From: Parasitella parasitica NRRL 2501
Lineage: Eukaryota; Fungi; Mucoromycota
NCBI GenBank assembly: GCA_025201805.1
Contig: MU619256.1
Span: forward strand, 34,911-98,910
Length of the DNA stretch: 64,000 nt
Reading direction: 5' to 3'
Part shown: one piece after another, positions 38,062-51,900 of the stretch
Numbering within the stretch: position 1 is the stretch's first letter
How the letters are laid out: each line of letters opens with the position of its first letter
The notes under the pieces: model-generated
Databases searched by the model: none
Seen by the model: the letters and a program-made list of their open reading frames with translations, nothing else
What the model was told of the DNA's origin: nothing
Translations under genes and position numbers: made by a program

Positions 38062-39959
38062 TCATACAATTAATCTATTGTCTCGCTCAATGAATTGAAG
38101 TCTAAAAGGTCCTGGCACCACTGCAGCTCCTCTGCTTCTAATATCCTTCAGATTTGGGTATACATGTTGTCCGTTAGGTAAATTAGCAGGCTTGATAGTA
38201 CACCGAGCCATTACTCTTGTCACAATGTTAAACATCTCGTGTTCAGCCTATAAATGTTACGTGTTAGCATATTGAGAACAGCGATAGGCGCGTGTCACTT
38301 ACTAATGCTATACCTGGGCAAACTCGATTATTCCAGCCAAATGCATGGTGATCTCTGTTTTCCAGTTTTCCGTTTGCTCGAGCATGCATTGTACTTTTGT
38401 CATGTAGAAACCGCTCTGGTATAAACTTCTCTGGCTCAGTAAATGCATATTCATCGTTGTGTAAAGCATGGATATTGCTAACAATTATGCTTCCTTTCGG
38501 TATCAGGTAATTTCGATAAACAACTAAATAGAAAATAGTGATTAGTATTTAGCATTGCTATAGGTGCACATGCCAGATCAAGTATTACCATCTTCAATTG
38601 CTCTGCGTGGAATTCCAAAATAAACAGGAGGTCGAATACGCAAACACTCTTTTTGGACCGCATTGTAGTAAGGAAGCTCAAGACGATCATCAAATGTAGG
38701 AATACGGTAATGCTTTCTGATGAAGTTGTCTATCTCCTCGGCTAGCTTCCGTTGTACATCTGGATAATGGCATAGGGTAGCAAACGTCCATGCAGTGGAA
38801 CTGGATACTGCATCTGTTCCTGCAACGAGTAGTTCACCTATATAATATATATATAATGCACCATTAGAAAGTGAATATTGGACACTTGTCGAAACCTACT
38901 CATCATAACTGTGATATAATGCTCATCAATGTCGTCATTTTTGCTCATGAGATCAATTTTTTTAACCAAGTTATCACTTTTACTTTCTCTCGCCTTTTGT
39001 ATCAGCTTTTGTACCTGAGAATAGCCCACAGGGTTGACAAACCTTTTCGTCTGATGTCCATTTCTAAAAAATCTATCTATATACGATAGTATTGGAAAAG
39101 ATCTCCAGTAGCTACCGTGCTCCAATCTTGCTCCACTTACATCCATGATGCACTTGTAAAGAGGATCATAGGGTGACCTTACACCAGGGTGACTAAAAGC
39201 CATGGATAATATAACATTGATAGAGGTGCATTGAATAATCGATAAAGGATCTACGCTGCCATGGTGCTGCGTTCGTTTAATCAATTGATTGACCATTCGT
39301 TGTGCTTCATCTTGTAAGCCTTGGCTGAACTCCTTTACCGAACTAGGCGACAGCATATGAAGGACAGCAGAACGAGCATCTTTCCATCTTGAGCCATCGT
39401 CTGCGAGAGCGACATGTCTATTTTAAATGTTGGGTCAATTTCTAAACATAAATTGAAGTCAAATATGTGCATTTACCTTTGACCGTTACGGCTGATGGGG
39501 TTTCCAAATATAAAATGCGGTTTATCGGAGGTCAGACTTGGGTCCATGGAATAGATATCGTGGACCATACTAGAGTCGCCTACAAATATCCAGTCTTGAG
39601 CGCCCATCTTGACCTTTATAATTGGCCCTAATTCCTTTTGCCATTCAGTGATCTTGTGTGCTGGTACGTCTCCCATTGCTAACTTATGACCTAAATAAAA
39701 ACATAATGTATTAGTGCTTGTTTATGGATACATCCGACGTATATCTTAACTTACCAAAGTAGAATAAAGAGCCTGGTGGCGTAGGAATCACTCTATATCT
39801 CTTGTAATCGCCTTTTCTGTTATTTTTATTGCTGAAAATCATCTTGATGCTGCACAGTGTTACGGTAACAGCAATTATTGCACCTGTGAACGGTAAAAAC
39901 TTGTCAGATTTCTCTATTCTCTTGAATTTCTCGAGTAGACTTGAGTAATAAAGCTCCAT
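38062..39959 (-). CDS. Cytochrome P450 with non-canonical I-helix and haem-loop residues; ~6 exons
   Basis: N-terminal TM anchor and IPTPPG; WQKELGPIIKVKMG; I-helix LVAGTDAV; K-helix KECLR; FIPERF; haem loop FGWNNRVCPG; the exons I translated are open, stop at 38062. Confidence 0.88.
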
Positions 39960-40140
39960 TTTTTTATGGCGATGAAGTGAAAAAAAAAGATACGACACCA
40001 TGCTACATGTATTTATATATATCTTTGAATATGTGTTTACAGTGAATGGATTCATTGTGCCTGAATTAGCATACATATATTTTAATGTGAAAGTATTCAC
40101 GCTTTTATGACATTTTATTGGGTATTTTTGATAACAAACA

Positions 40141-41987
40141 TTAAACATTGTATGTGTATATGTACAGAGCGTCTTTAGATAATGTCGCCAAAAACTCATT
40201 AAATCCATTATTTGTGTGCTTGATGTCGATTATCGGCTCATTAGTGGCGAAAGCCTGTATTTGCTTGTCTTTAGTTTGTATTTTCACCTATTTTGGTGTT
40301 TCCATCAATAATAAATAAATTTATATCATGTCATGAACTTACAAAACCTTGTTCGGCATAGCAAAGAAACACGCTATCATCTCTGGTAAAATGTGTATTT
40401 CTGCATACTAATGGTATTTCGTGCTTGATCGCAAACGACCAGTCATCTCTCATGGTCAATGCTTCGTCGCCACCAACAAACGTCTTGATATCATGCTCTA
40501 TCGTCCCGTTATACTCTTTCGATATACAGAGAAAATTTTCAGTCATACTTGAAGAGTAGATTGCCGGTTGCTGACTCTCTGCCAGCTCTTCGCTGTTATT
40601 TTGACCTGTTATATTATGCAAAGGTTGTGATATATATTCCTTTTTTGCTTCATTCAAAGTCCAAACATAAGAACACATTTGGTCAGTGCAAATAATATAA
40701 TCGTCTTTTGGCATAACTGTTATTATGGGTGATTTCCTTTCTCTATCAATCAGCATGGATAAATAACTTCTAGTGTTTCTAATATCATAGATCATCAGGG
40801 CGCCCGTTGTCAATCCACAATAGAGTAAATTCGAGTTTTTGTCATCAAACGAACAAGCCATCGAAGGAGCGCTGAGCTGATAGCTGTAAAATTATGAGTA
40901 TTTGTGCTAATTGGCACCTCTGTTTCTTTCTCCAATAACTCTTACTTACGATTGAATCACTAGATTCTTTGTGGCAGAGGTCAGCTTGAGCGTTCTGTCA
41001 TCACCTGTACTGAGAATAATGCTATTTGTTGAATGTTTTATATCTCTTATTGTGTTTTGGTGATTTGTGGGTATAAATTCTGTTACTGAAGAATCGTACA
41101 TGTTGATCTTTCTAAAGCCATGCTGTCTTTTTGAATTTTGGTATGTAGACACAACAGCCATGTCCTCCAAAGGGTTCAGATCCACCACATTATACAACTA
41201 AATACACACATGACAGTATCAACAAATTATGCATTCGGAGCGCATGATTTTTATAAACATATTCACCTCTCCTTCCACAGCGGTCTTATTTTGAAAGCAA
41301 AATTGAATGTCTTGAAATGCTGAAATCACTGGTTGGATCTGTTCTGATGTGGGTGGTTTCATATCGATCCTTTCACTAAAACTATCCAAAACAGTTTTTT
41401 TTTCCTGCAACTCTCTCTGTACTTTTGCGTTTTGTATTGCTAGCTGCTCTAACTTTTTATCCAGCTCATCCAATTCTGATTGCAAGGCACCGATATATTC
41501 ATCTTTCTCAGGAAACAATCTTGTCGACCATATCTTTCTGATATCTCGCTTTGTTGAAACTTGTCTATAGCAAAGAGTAAGTATGCATCACCTAAAGGGA
41601 TTTATAAATGGATTTGACCCACTTACCCGCAAATGGGACAATTGATTTTGAAATTTTTTGAATTATCTCGCTTATACAAAAAGACACAACTGAAAGGTAA
41701 TAAATAAATCGACTTGTCATGTACATTGAATTCAGCCAAACGTACGCTTTTCCAAAACAGTGTCCACACTTCATTTGGGCTATGCAATGCATCCCATTAT
41801 TGGTCCACTCTTTTTGACATATGCCACATACGGCGATATCCTCTTCTTCTTCTTCACTGTCTACGTCGTCAATTTTACGCTTACTGTTATCATCTGGTAG
41901 AATTATGGGTGCCTGGAAATCAGAATAATCGACTCCCAAAACCTCTGCATTATCTTGTATTTCGTCAGGTCCCAATTCTGCATCCAT
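40141..41987 (-). CDS. RFWD3: RING finger + coiled-coil + WD40 E3 ligase, RFWD3-like; multi-exon
   Basis: CGICQKEWTNNGMHCIAQMKCGHCFG RING, coiled coil, then HQNTIRDIK, ILSTGDDRTLKLTS and LYCGLTTGALMIYDIRNT WD40 segments. Confidence 0.75.
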
Positions 41988-43379
41988 GAATTGATCTTCT
42001 TTACAAAAAATATTAAAAGGAGCCAAAAAGGAAAGTGCGCAACAATCCTTTCTTTATGTGCAGTCCCGCGATTTGAGTTGCACTGGTGTTGACGTTATAA
42101 TTATAAAGTACAGTGGTTTTCGATCCATGGTTTATTTAGAAAAAAAAGCTGTAGAAATACACTGGTTGCTAGTAGCTTCGGAAAAATGTCTGTAAAAAAA
42201 TTGAAATATTAGTATGGTGAAACAACTAAAACTTGTTTGTTATAATAAATGTTATAAATTAAAGCCTGAATTTTTTCCCTACCTTTTATATTCGATGAAA
42301 TCGATAAAAATAATGTCTTTCTATGGCAAAATGATATAACATGAAGTAATTATATATTAAGTTTATCGTATATGAGATAAAAAGATACTTTATTATATTA
42401 AGATACAAGTAATATTTATATCAATTAAAAGGAGAAGTACAAAGTCTTCGTGTACTTAACAACAGCATAACAATATATTAACGCTCTCAGACCAATTATC
42501 ATGTGCCAGAAGACACTAGATGCACTACAATATGTATTTACAAAATAAAGAGCTCCTGGAGACGAAGCACTGTCATTTCCACTGAAAGTAAAAAGTCCAA
42601 CCGTAAAGCTAGTTGATTGATCATCCGCACGTGATCAGAATCTGAGCCAATGGAAGCTACGTTCCTGAATCTGATGTTGAATTCTGGGAACGTCTCATCT
42701 TATATATATATATGGAATTATGCTTCATACTTGAAATAAATCGAACTTTCTTACGTTTAAAATTCTGTCATATATACTTGTTTGCTATTCTATCGCTGAG
42801 ATACCATACCACTCTAGTTATTTAACATAATATACACTTAAACAACAGCAAAACATTCTAATTAGTCTCGGGATTGACCTGTTTACTGCAAGATCTTTCC
42901 AAAACATCGCTACAAATTTCACAAAACCCGCACCGCAGAGTATCGTACATCAGATACAAATATAAAAATTTAGTATCTAAAAAATGTCCTGTATGTGGAA
43001 TCGGTATAAATTGTTATATGATTCACAGAAAAAAATTATAATAAAAATCAATAACTGTATAAAAGCTCCCGTTCATCTACTGCTGGCCAGGTAGATAAAC
43101 TTTTATATACTTAAACTGTGGATAAATGTTCTACTCTCGCAATTTAACATGTACGACAATTCTGCATAACTCGCATCTTAACTTTGTGCTAACCAACATA
43201 TCAGCAGACTCAAGATAACTTAAATCTATTTGAGCGAGGAGATAGACTTTACCCGAGGTACCCTAATCAATCTTCTATACGAAGATTATTAATATCGATC
43301 CATAAGCGTATATCATTTCTTGTATAGTCTTATCCAGTCTATATTAATAGTACTTGTCTGAGTGTATATCACTTGGTAT

Positions 43380-43700
43380 TCATCTTAGCATATATCGGTA
43401 TATGTAGCATGTCTATAGCATGTCATAATAAGCATATCTATAGCATTGCACATATTGTACAAGTCTGTAGTACATAAAGTATCTGTAGCTAGTATCATGG
43501 ATATAAGTATATGTCTTATAGTGCGTATCTAGAAACTGGGAATACGCATCTGAAGCATAAATCTTTTATAGCATAAGCTCGTAGCATACACTAGATTAGT
43601 AAATGTCTAAGGCTCGTGTCGAAATATAAATATCAGTCTATAGCTTCATCCATCCTAATGGTGCCATCTCTAGCTTATATCTATAGTATATAAATCTGTA
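43380..43700. repeat. Degenerate short-period repeat tract (TCTRTAGCAT-like units)
   Basis: Recurring TAGCAT / TCTATAG / TCTGTAG words at irregular spacing; no ORF. Confidence 0.45.
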
Positions 43701-44481
43701 TTTCACATCTTATTATCTGTGCGCATATGTAGTCAATATCAATTTAAGGTAACTGGATGAATCTAGAAGTGGAATGCTGATTTTCATAGTGAATGTATTT
43801 CACAGATACTAATCGATAAGAGTAATTTGCAAGCAACATCATACCCTTGACAGGGTATGATGTATTATTACACCACTACACAGGGCTATTGATCTTTGAT
43901 CTGACAGTACTCTTCTTGTTTGTCAATCATACAGATCTGTGTTACAGATAACCTTCTTGATTTGAAACAAAGACTTTATTGTCCTGTTTCGACAAGTATA
44001 ACAACACATCATTGGAAAATCTTCAATTTTTAATTGAAGTACATTAGCATGATGATTTCCTACCCTACATTATGGCAGAGCATTAGCGAAACAAAAACTA
44101 TTCGAAAGCTATTTGGAATCGATATGGTGTTTAAACGGCGCTTTAATTTTTGGGTATTGAAAATGAGAAAAAGCTAATTTTTGTTCATAAAACAATAAAA
44201 CCAACTCAAAAATTGCAGCGCCAGGTCTTGAAAAGTGCACGGCAGATGGTTGTTTATAATAGGATGGGAAAGCAATTGAGACTACTAATTTATTAGGTAC
44301 AAAACTTATGCTTTTATTGAAATTCACTAAACAGCGAAGCGAAGGTCGACTTTTTTTTTCACTGTAGTTCGGAGGGTAGAGACAGCTAGTAGCTCATTTA
44401 AATTTCAAATTGGTTGGTATTTAATCACATTTAATCCAAGAGAGGGTATAAGGATTATAAATGGTATGTAATAAGTGCTAA

Positions 44482-47400
44482 TCAATGCTTGTAATTAAGC
44501 CACACACTTACGCTATCAGGCCCAACAAGATCACGAATTGTAGCGATCAATAGTTCCAATTCTACAGCAAGCTGTTCAGAATTCATCAAGTAAGTGCTAA
44601 AATAGGTATATTCTCGATCTCCTAAATGCTGATATCGGAGTGCAAGTGATTTGCGAGCCTTATTAGTTAGCTCTCTTCTTGCTTTGGTAGGTCGTATAAC
44701 GTATGGAGGTAATGGCGCTTTACTTGTTAGGGCGTTGGAACCCAAGTGCAGGGTAGTTAGAAAAGAAGCAATCTATTATAGATGTTAAAGTCCGGCCAAT
44801 CTCATTCACCAATTCACACAGTTACCATTGCTTTTCTTTCCTTCCATGTGTCTCTTACAATCATCATTCGCCATTTATAGGGTATCTTTTCAAATGCAAA
44901 CTCCATTTGGAGCATTAAACTTAGGATATTGTCTAGAATTTGTAGTATGTGGAGATATTTATCTTCAGGGAATATGCCGCGCAAAGCAGGCTCAAACCGA
45001 CTTTGTTCCAGCAATACTCTTTCGCCTTTGATCTGCCTTCGGATCGACCCTGCAACAGAGCGAAACATCTTCTTGTTTGCTTCCAGTATATTGACATCTT
45101 CTACTTTGTTCTTCAATAGCAAAGCTAAAAATGAAGAGTACAATGCACCAATTTCACTCAGTGTCTGCGATATGCGATGTCGAAGGACTACTCGGCCTGT
45201 GCGGGGAAATGGAAATACACTAATGATAAGCGCCGCAAAGACACCAACCAAGACATCAACAGTTCTCTACAGATTTTTTTTTTTTTTTAGAATTCCTATG
45301 CACAAATATATGCTTGCTCGAACAATCAACTGCATTACCTCCCATGTTATCACAAAAACAGACACCGGATGTCCATTCGGTGTGTAGCTATAAGTATATC
45401 CAACGACTAAATTCATTTTTCCACAGTGTTAAATCAAGCACCAAAAAACTTGGATGGATATACATACTAAGTGATATTGTGATCATTGAAAAGAGACCAG
45501 TAGCCTTCCAGAATTTACCATTGATATAAATCATCCACCATGGAAGATTGCATATAAACGTCAGAATAATCAAACCAGGCACACTGCCTCTACTGATTTC
45601 CCATATGATCATGGCTTCTATAGCCCCAATAAAAGTACCCAAGGTTCTTGTCATTGTACTATATACCATAGGGTATGATGCAATGTCATTCAAATGTCGT
45701 ACGTATGTTAAACATAATGTAGTCTTACCCGAAAAAGTTGCTGCCCACAGACGGGCCCATCCAAATCAGGGCAACAACAACGGCCCACTGTCCACGAGCC
45801 TCGTTATACCATCTTACAGAATCCTCCAAAAAGCCAGGCAGTGATAGAAGTGCAACAACAATAGCTGCTCGGAACGAAAACGCCGCATCAGCAGTGTATA
45901 AGTATTTGACAAAGAACAGGTATACAGAGTAAAAAAACCTCTGTGTTGAAGTTGTGGGATAAGCAACATCAGGATCATGATACTCTAGGGGATCCAGCGT
46001 GTTCTGTCGCCATGGATTGGTGTTTTGGGAAGTTCGTTTCTTTTCTGAAAAATCATAAGGGTGTTGCTTATGGTGTTCTGATGGCGAGTGAGCTTGACCA
46101 CGATGAGGAGTGTCCAGTTTATACAGCACATTTTGTGCTTCAAGATCAAGATCGGGTGCGGGTGGCGGAATCGTTGCTGCTGTAATGAGTGTGGCTCTCC
46201 TCGACATGCTTCTCTGCAAAGAAGTTGGGTTGATGGTGTCAGCCATGGAATTAGGCGAGTCAATTGCGTCTTCAGTAGCATGTCCTTCAAAAAACCACTT
46301 TTTAAGCGGTATATGAGGCATCCAAAACCGGCGTTTGGTTCGAATCTGGTCCAATTCATAGATAAGCGAGGTCAACGTGTAGATATTTTCTGCATACGAA
46401 TGCAAATTGAACTGAAACGTCAGCAACAGAAACAGAATTCGTCGTGGCACACCTGATTTTGTGTACAGTCGCTCCAATCCCACTAGTCGGTGCTTGTGAA
46501 ATCTTGCAATCGCTGCAAATAGAGGCACAGAAGGGTCGTGCATACGGCTGTACTCGTTGGCCAGTGCTTCTTCTGATGCTTGTTTAGCACCTACCTTCCA
46601 CTGATAATACCATTTGTAAAAAAAAGGTCTGTCTTGATATCTTGGATCCAAGTTTTGCATCCGCCGTAATCTTTTAACCGATTCCTGTACTGCAAGCGAG
46701 CATGCGTCTGTTAATTCGAGGTAGGTTGGCTTTACAATGTCCAAAACGTCATCGTAATCCTGTCGCCAGTAGCTCATTACTTTCATATGATCATTCCAGC
46801 GAATTTTTCTTCTGCGCGGCATTGCCGTATTGTCGCTCACTAATGAGGTTGTTGATGTATTTGCTGTCGATGGGGATTGCGAAGCTGAATACGTAGAAGC
46901 ATCGTCGTCTGTTGTGGCGGCGGAATTGTCGTTAGAGCTGTCCTCTTCTTCGTCGTCTGTGCCACCATAATAGCTTCGAGGTCGAGCAAATGGAGGAGGC
47001 AAATTCTGCGCTTCTTCATCTGTTGCTAGTGGATCATCTTCTCCCTCGTGATTCGGTGTCTCTAAAGGTGCAGCTTCAAATAAGCTCTTTTCTGCTTGAC
47101 GCATATTCGCTTCCATAGCTCTGCTAAGGCCAAGGCCTTGCAAGGGAACCCTCAGTTTTTTTATCAGTGAAGTCATTTCGCTGACATCAGTCGGCGCGAT
47201 GGCATTAAACGAAGGCTCCCTCCTTACCATGCGTTTTTTTTGGATCAAATTTGTAATTAAGGCGTCCACAGTTTGATGGATTGTGGCTAATGACTCGGCT
47301 TGATCTGCTGACGTGCTAGGGCCACGATTCACTCGAATAAAGGCGACTATCTGATGCTGAACAATGCCGTCAAATGACTCGAACACCTTGATTAAATCTT

Positions 47401-47531
47401 GCACGAATACTCGAGTGCTGTTTTCAGGAAACACCACAAGGAATATTGTAAAAATAAGCAGGAACCCAACAAGGGTGGGCACCAAGACTTGCAACTACAT
47501 ACATGACAGTTGCATTATTATTCTTTCTGGC

Positions 47532-47568
<37 letters not shown>

Positions 47569-48180
47569 GAAACTTACAGTGGTGGTAGCAGTGAATTCTG
47601 TATGCATTACTGCCGAAGTCAAACTAATAACCATGATCGAAGCCGACAGCATTCCACCCACATTAGCTTGTTCCACCCTGACTCGAAACATACTAAGAAA
47701 AAAGCAGCCAATTACCAGAAAGCAGGACAGAATAGCACACACTTTGGGCTGGGCCAATGTGGGATCATTAGGGTTTCTGACAAGCGATGCAAGAAAGGTG
47801 CCCAAAATTGCCCATGATCCAGAGATGCAGCACATTACAGTGCCCAACAGAATATCCTCGGCCAGAAATCCATATGATTTAGCCGGATGCACAAACTCCA
47901 CAGCAACAGAGGCTAATATGCCACCAGTTGACGACACACTACGAACAGGATCGATCAATAACATGGCTAGTGCAATCGTTACAGCAATGTTTGCTTTCAA
48001 AATTTTAACACAAATGGGCCAGGTCAAAGATTGCCATATTCCTATAATTCGCTGTCGAATGGTTTGAAGAGGAATCAAATGACCTGAAGTCGCTGAAAGT
48101 CGAAACTTTTGAGTCTTGTCCCTTGGTTTCCTGTCTTTTCTCCTGCTCAACTTTTTTCTTGATTTCTTTACTTTTGCCAT
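44482..48180 (-). CDS. FUSC/aromatic-acid-exporter-like (ArAE_2, BRE4-like) membrane protein; multi-exon
   Basis: N-terminal TM block (KILKANIAVTIALAMLL, FVHPAKSYG), long soluble loop, C-terminal FUSC block (FSFRAAIVVALLSLPGFL, RGQWAVVVALIWMGPSVG, RTLGTFIGA, FPFPRTGRVVLR, EPALRGIFP). Confidence 0.8.
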
Positions 48181-48227
48181 GATCGAATAGTGAAGAGATC
48201 GTCCAAGGTAGAAATGTTAACTAGAAG

Positions 48228-48267
48228 ACTGAGAAACTGAGAACTGAGAGACTGAGAAACTGAAGAA
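48228..48267. repeat. Imperfect (ACTGAGA[A/G])x5 tandem repeat just upstream of the FUSC-like gene
   Basis: actgagaa actgaga actgagag actgagaa actgaaga read directly. Confidence 0.8.
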
Positions 48268-48654
48268 ACAAGAAGAAAAAAAACGAAGAGGGTTTCAGTT
48301 TTATAAACAGAAATCGGGTAAGCCGGACATGCCTTTTTTTTGACATGAAAGCGAATACGCTAATGCGAGTTGCAAGGAAAAGTGATACTCCGTATACGCA
48401 AATGCAGTATTACAAATAAACTCATAATTGCATCCGATAACAACGGGAATTTTATTACCTCTGTTCTGTATAGGGTTCTTTGCTACCGAGATATTTATTA
48501 AAGAAAAGAAAAAAGCTTGAAAAAAAGAAAATAAATGCTTTGGAGGATTCTATTCAATATGATGAGAGACGATTAACAGTAATGGGCGGGTTTGTCGTTG
48601 TATTTGTGGAGATTTGTGGGTTGTGAAATTTGAGTGTAGTGCGTACAAAAGTGT

Positions 48655-50024
48655 TTATGGTTTTCCATGATCCTTGACCGCATCAGCGTTGCTTTGACTA
48701 GAAGAGGACATGGGGATGATATCTTTGTTGTTTGCTGGCGATTTATTGGACACAGTCTTGGCAACCGAGTAGACTAAACCAGCTATAAAGCCTAATAAAA
48801 GTAGTGTGTTGATATAATTTCAAATCGTATCTGCGCAAAACACTTACCAACAACAATAGCTGTAACATTACCAAAGGTAGCTGGATCGCCAAAGAACATG
48901 ATACCCGACGCAGCAATTGGAAGCTTATTTAGTGCCCCCACCATGGAATAGGTTGTAGATGAAGTGGTACGAACACACCAAGCAGACGCATAAGACATGG
49001 CAAAAGCAGAAGCGCCAGAAAATATCATGGCAATAAGCATAGCTTGACGCACATCAGGAGGACTAAATTAAATTAGTACACTCGTAGCACTTCAACTAAC
49101 CCCGTTATGATATACTTACAAATTCTTGCTCAAACTTTCAGCGCTCCAATCTTCAAAGATGAAACTGGGAATAATCAAAAGAGGGATCGAGAGGAGGTTG
49201 TTGTAGTAAACAGTGTCGAAATCTTTGAAATTGGTGAGCTTGATTCTTTTCCGCATGTAAAGCACAAATGCTGCAGAAGCAAGACAATTCGTAGCCATCC
49301 AAAAATAGCCCAAAAATGTTGTATCAAGATCAGCAATCTGAGTCAAGGTATCGTTGATGTCTGCCCAGCCAGCAATAACCGAAGAAAAAACCTAGTGTAT
49401 TTTTTTTTGCTCGTAAACACATCTAGAACAAAACTCTAAACACATGCACACCCACAAATACTTACCATCAAGCCAAATGAAATCAACATCATGTGAGTGA
49501 CGCTTCCACCAAACCAGAGCACCTCGCCATAGGCAATAAGAATAATAGTTAGATTCTTAAAGATAGTATATATAGGAATACGGAGGAATTGAAGCGCCTT
49601 TGAGCCCGTGTAAATCATAGCAACCAGTGAGGCAGCAATAGGCATCCATTTACGAGCTTCATCTTTTTCAAAATCACGGAACTTGATAAGGTTGAGAAAC
49701 TTGAATGACTGCAGTAATAAAACTGTAACCAAATTCTGCGATACAACATAAATACGTCTGGACGTCTGTATATAAAGCAGCAAGACTTACCTGTATGGTT
49801 AGCAGCAGGAAATTCATGTTGAAATCGTATCCACTAAGCACGTATTTATTTGTCACAGTCATCAAAATCGAAGCACCACAGTAGCTGGCGATGGGAAGAA
49901 TTGCTCTCATGCCAGGAGATAGCTTGAAGCCAGAGGGTGCGACTACTGTGTTTTGTTGCTGGCTTTGTTTATTCTCTGGTTCTTGGTCAATGACCACTGT
50001 ATAATCTGGCTTGCCTTCCCCCAT
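48655..50024 (-). CDS. VRG4: Golgi GDP-mannose transporter; multi-exon
   Basis: [89 protein letters not shown] (GALNK motif). Confidence 0.95.
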
Positions 50025-51382
50025 GTTTTTCAATTTTTATTCCAGAAATGAGAAAGAGAGAGAAGAAGAGACTTGAAAACCTTGAGTCAAACAACCCAAA
50101 AAATTCTTTTTTAGTGTAATCGGAGTCGCATCCACTGTGATGGGCAACAGGCAGAAGTTGTAATGTTTTTAATCCTTGGGTGGATGACGATCATCATCTT
50201 CCCCTTTAACCTCCCAGCCTTTTTTCTTTGGGTCTCCTTTATCGCTCTTTCTAGGCCAACACAAAAAAAGAAAGACCTATACAGATCAACATACCATGAG
50301 TGACCAGATCGGAGACAAGCGACTCGAATTACAAATATAAAAAAGAAGAGGCGATCTTTTTCTTTGTGCCACCTCCCAATTAAAGCTTGCCAAAGATTTA
50401 AAAGTGAAGATCACTTGGCCAAGCAGCATTTTAATTGACATTTTAAAGTCTGGACAATAACGAGTGTATATCTCCTTGTTTATGTGCGTGTATTTGCTCA
50501 TTTTATCAAATATCATACATTTAAACTAATTAATTGAACTATTCAAGCATACAATGTCTTGTAAGATTGTCATGCAACCGTATGTGCACTTGTAGAGCCA
50601 AACAAAAATCTTTATCATATGTTTTTATGTGTAGATGTACAGAGCATGCAATCCAAAAAACATGCGGTTACTGATGATCTCGAAGCTGGTTTCTCAAATA
50701 GTTTTGCGCCATTTGTTTTTTAAATGTCAGTGTTTGGTATTAGCACACAAATGGTTTCATTTCAACTTTTTGAGCAAAAAGAAGCTACTGATGTAGAGCA
50801 TAATTTATTTCACCACTTGCCGAGTGCATGGTAATTGCGCTCCGTTTTGATTTTCCTTGCATATTGATTTACTTTTTATTGTGAAGGCGATAGACCCTGT
50901 ATACCGCGCATCTTGTGTTTGTATTTTCAACAAATTAGATCATTTTATATTACCCACTTGTCGTCTTTGTATAGAATAAATGCTGCTCTGCTTAAAATTG
51001 TAATCAAATGTATTGATGTCAAGAGGAGGATAACAGCTGTCATGCGCATCTTTCAAAATTGTGCATTGAGGACAAGACAAGAGGGGTGCTCAGTTCTATG
51101 AATTATGGGCACTGATTTTAAATATGCATCTGGTTTATTTTTATATCCATGTGGGTATCTTTGCTGACAGATTGATCTTATGTTACATGGATCAACGACA
51201 AATATTACATATTAAAATCAAACGAGATTATACAATAAATTATACTCCATTTATCCGGGTCTTGCATTGCACATTCTTTTTCATATTTTGCATATAATTA
51301 ATGCTTTTTTTTCAAACGAAAAAAGAAAGCTATAACCCTATCTGACCGGCTTACCAAAAACAATATCTTCCCAAGAAGACAC

Positions 51383-51900
51383 TTATTGTTTATTAGCCTT
51401 TTCGGCAAGCAACATAAAGTTGCTCTCAATGCTTTCCATTATCCTCAACTTTTTTTCGTCTTCTTCCCAATCCAGTTCCACGAACGAAGATGATGAGTTT
51501 GTGTTGGCGATGTTTCTCTCTTCTGATATAAGAAAATCCTCTTTGTAGCAGATCTTTGAAGTAGCTGGCTTCGCCAAACATGTCGTATTGTCTTTCTCTG
51601 CAGTTTTTATCATCAATTGGATGGCTTCAAAGCTCCTAGTAACCATTCTCTGTAGAAAAATAACCACTTGCTAGTACGGTATATTATAAATGAATTAAAC
51701 AAATATTTTTTACTTACAACCAAAGAAATGACGGCGATCAAGCACTCAGCGATCTCAGCACCATTGCTTTCGGCTAGAGGAATTGCTTCTCTTTGAGGCA
51801 TGCAGGGATTATAATTCCATTTACAAGCCTAACACCCATTATTCGCAAACTATCTGAACTAGCCCAGTTTTCAAACGTTGACCGGAAGTGCATGTAGAAA
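51383..51900 (-). pseudogene. Probable fragment of a multicopy hypothetical gene
   Basis: Two short ORFs joined by a GT-AG intron (AEIAECLIAVISLV|RMVTRSFEAIQLMIK...); upstream coding-like sequence (FENWASSDSLRIMGVRLVNG) is out of frame. Confidence 0.35.

Noticed and set aside
47536-47567. A32 run giving poly-K or poly-F ORFs
   Set aside because: Lies in an intron of the FUSC-like gene; simple homopolymer.
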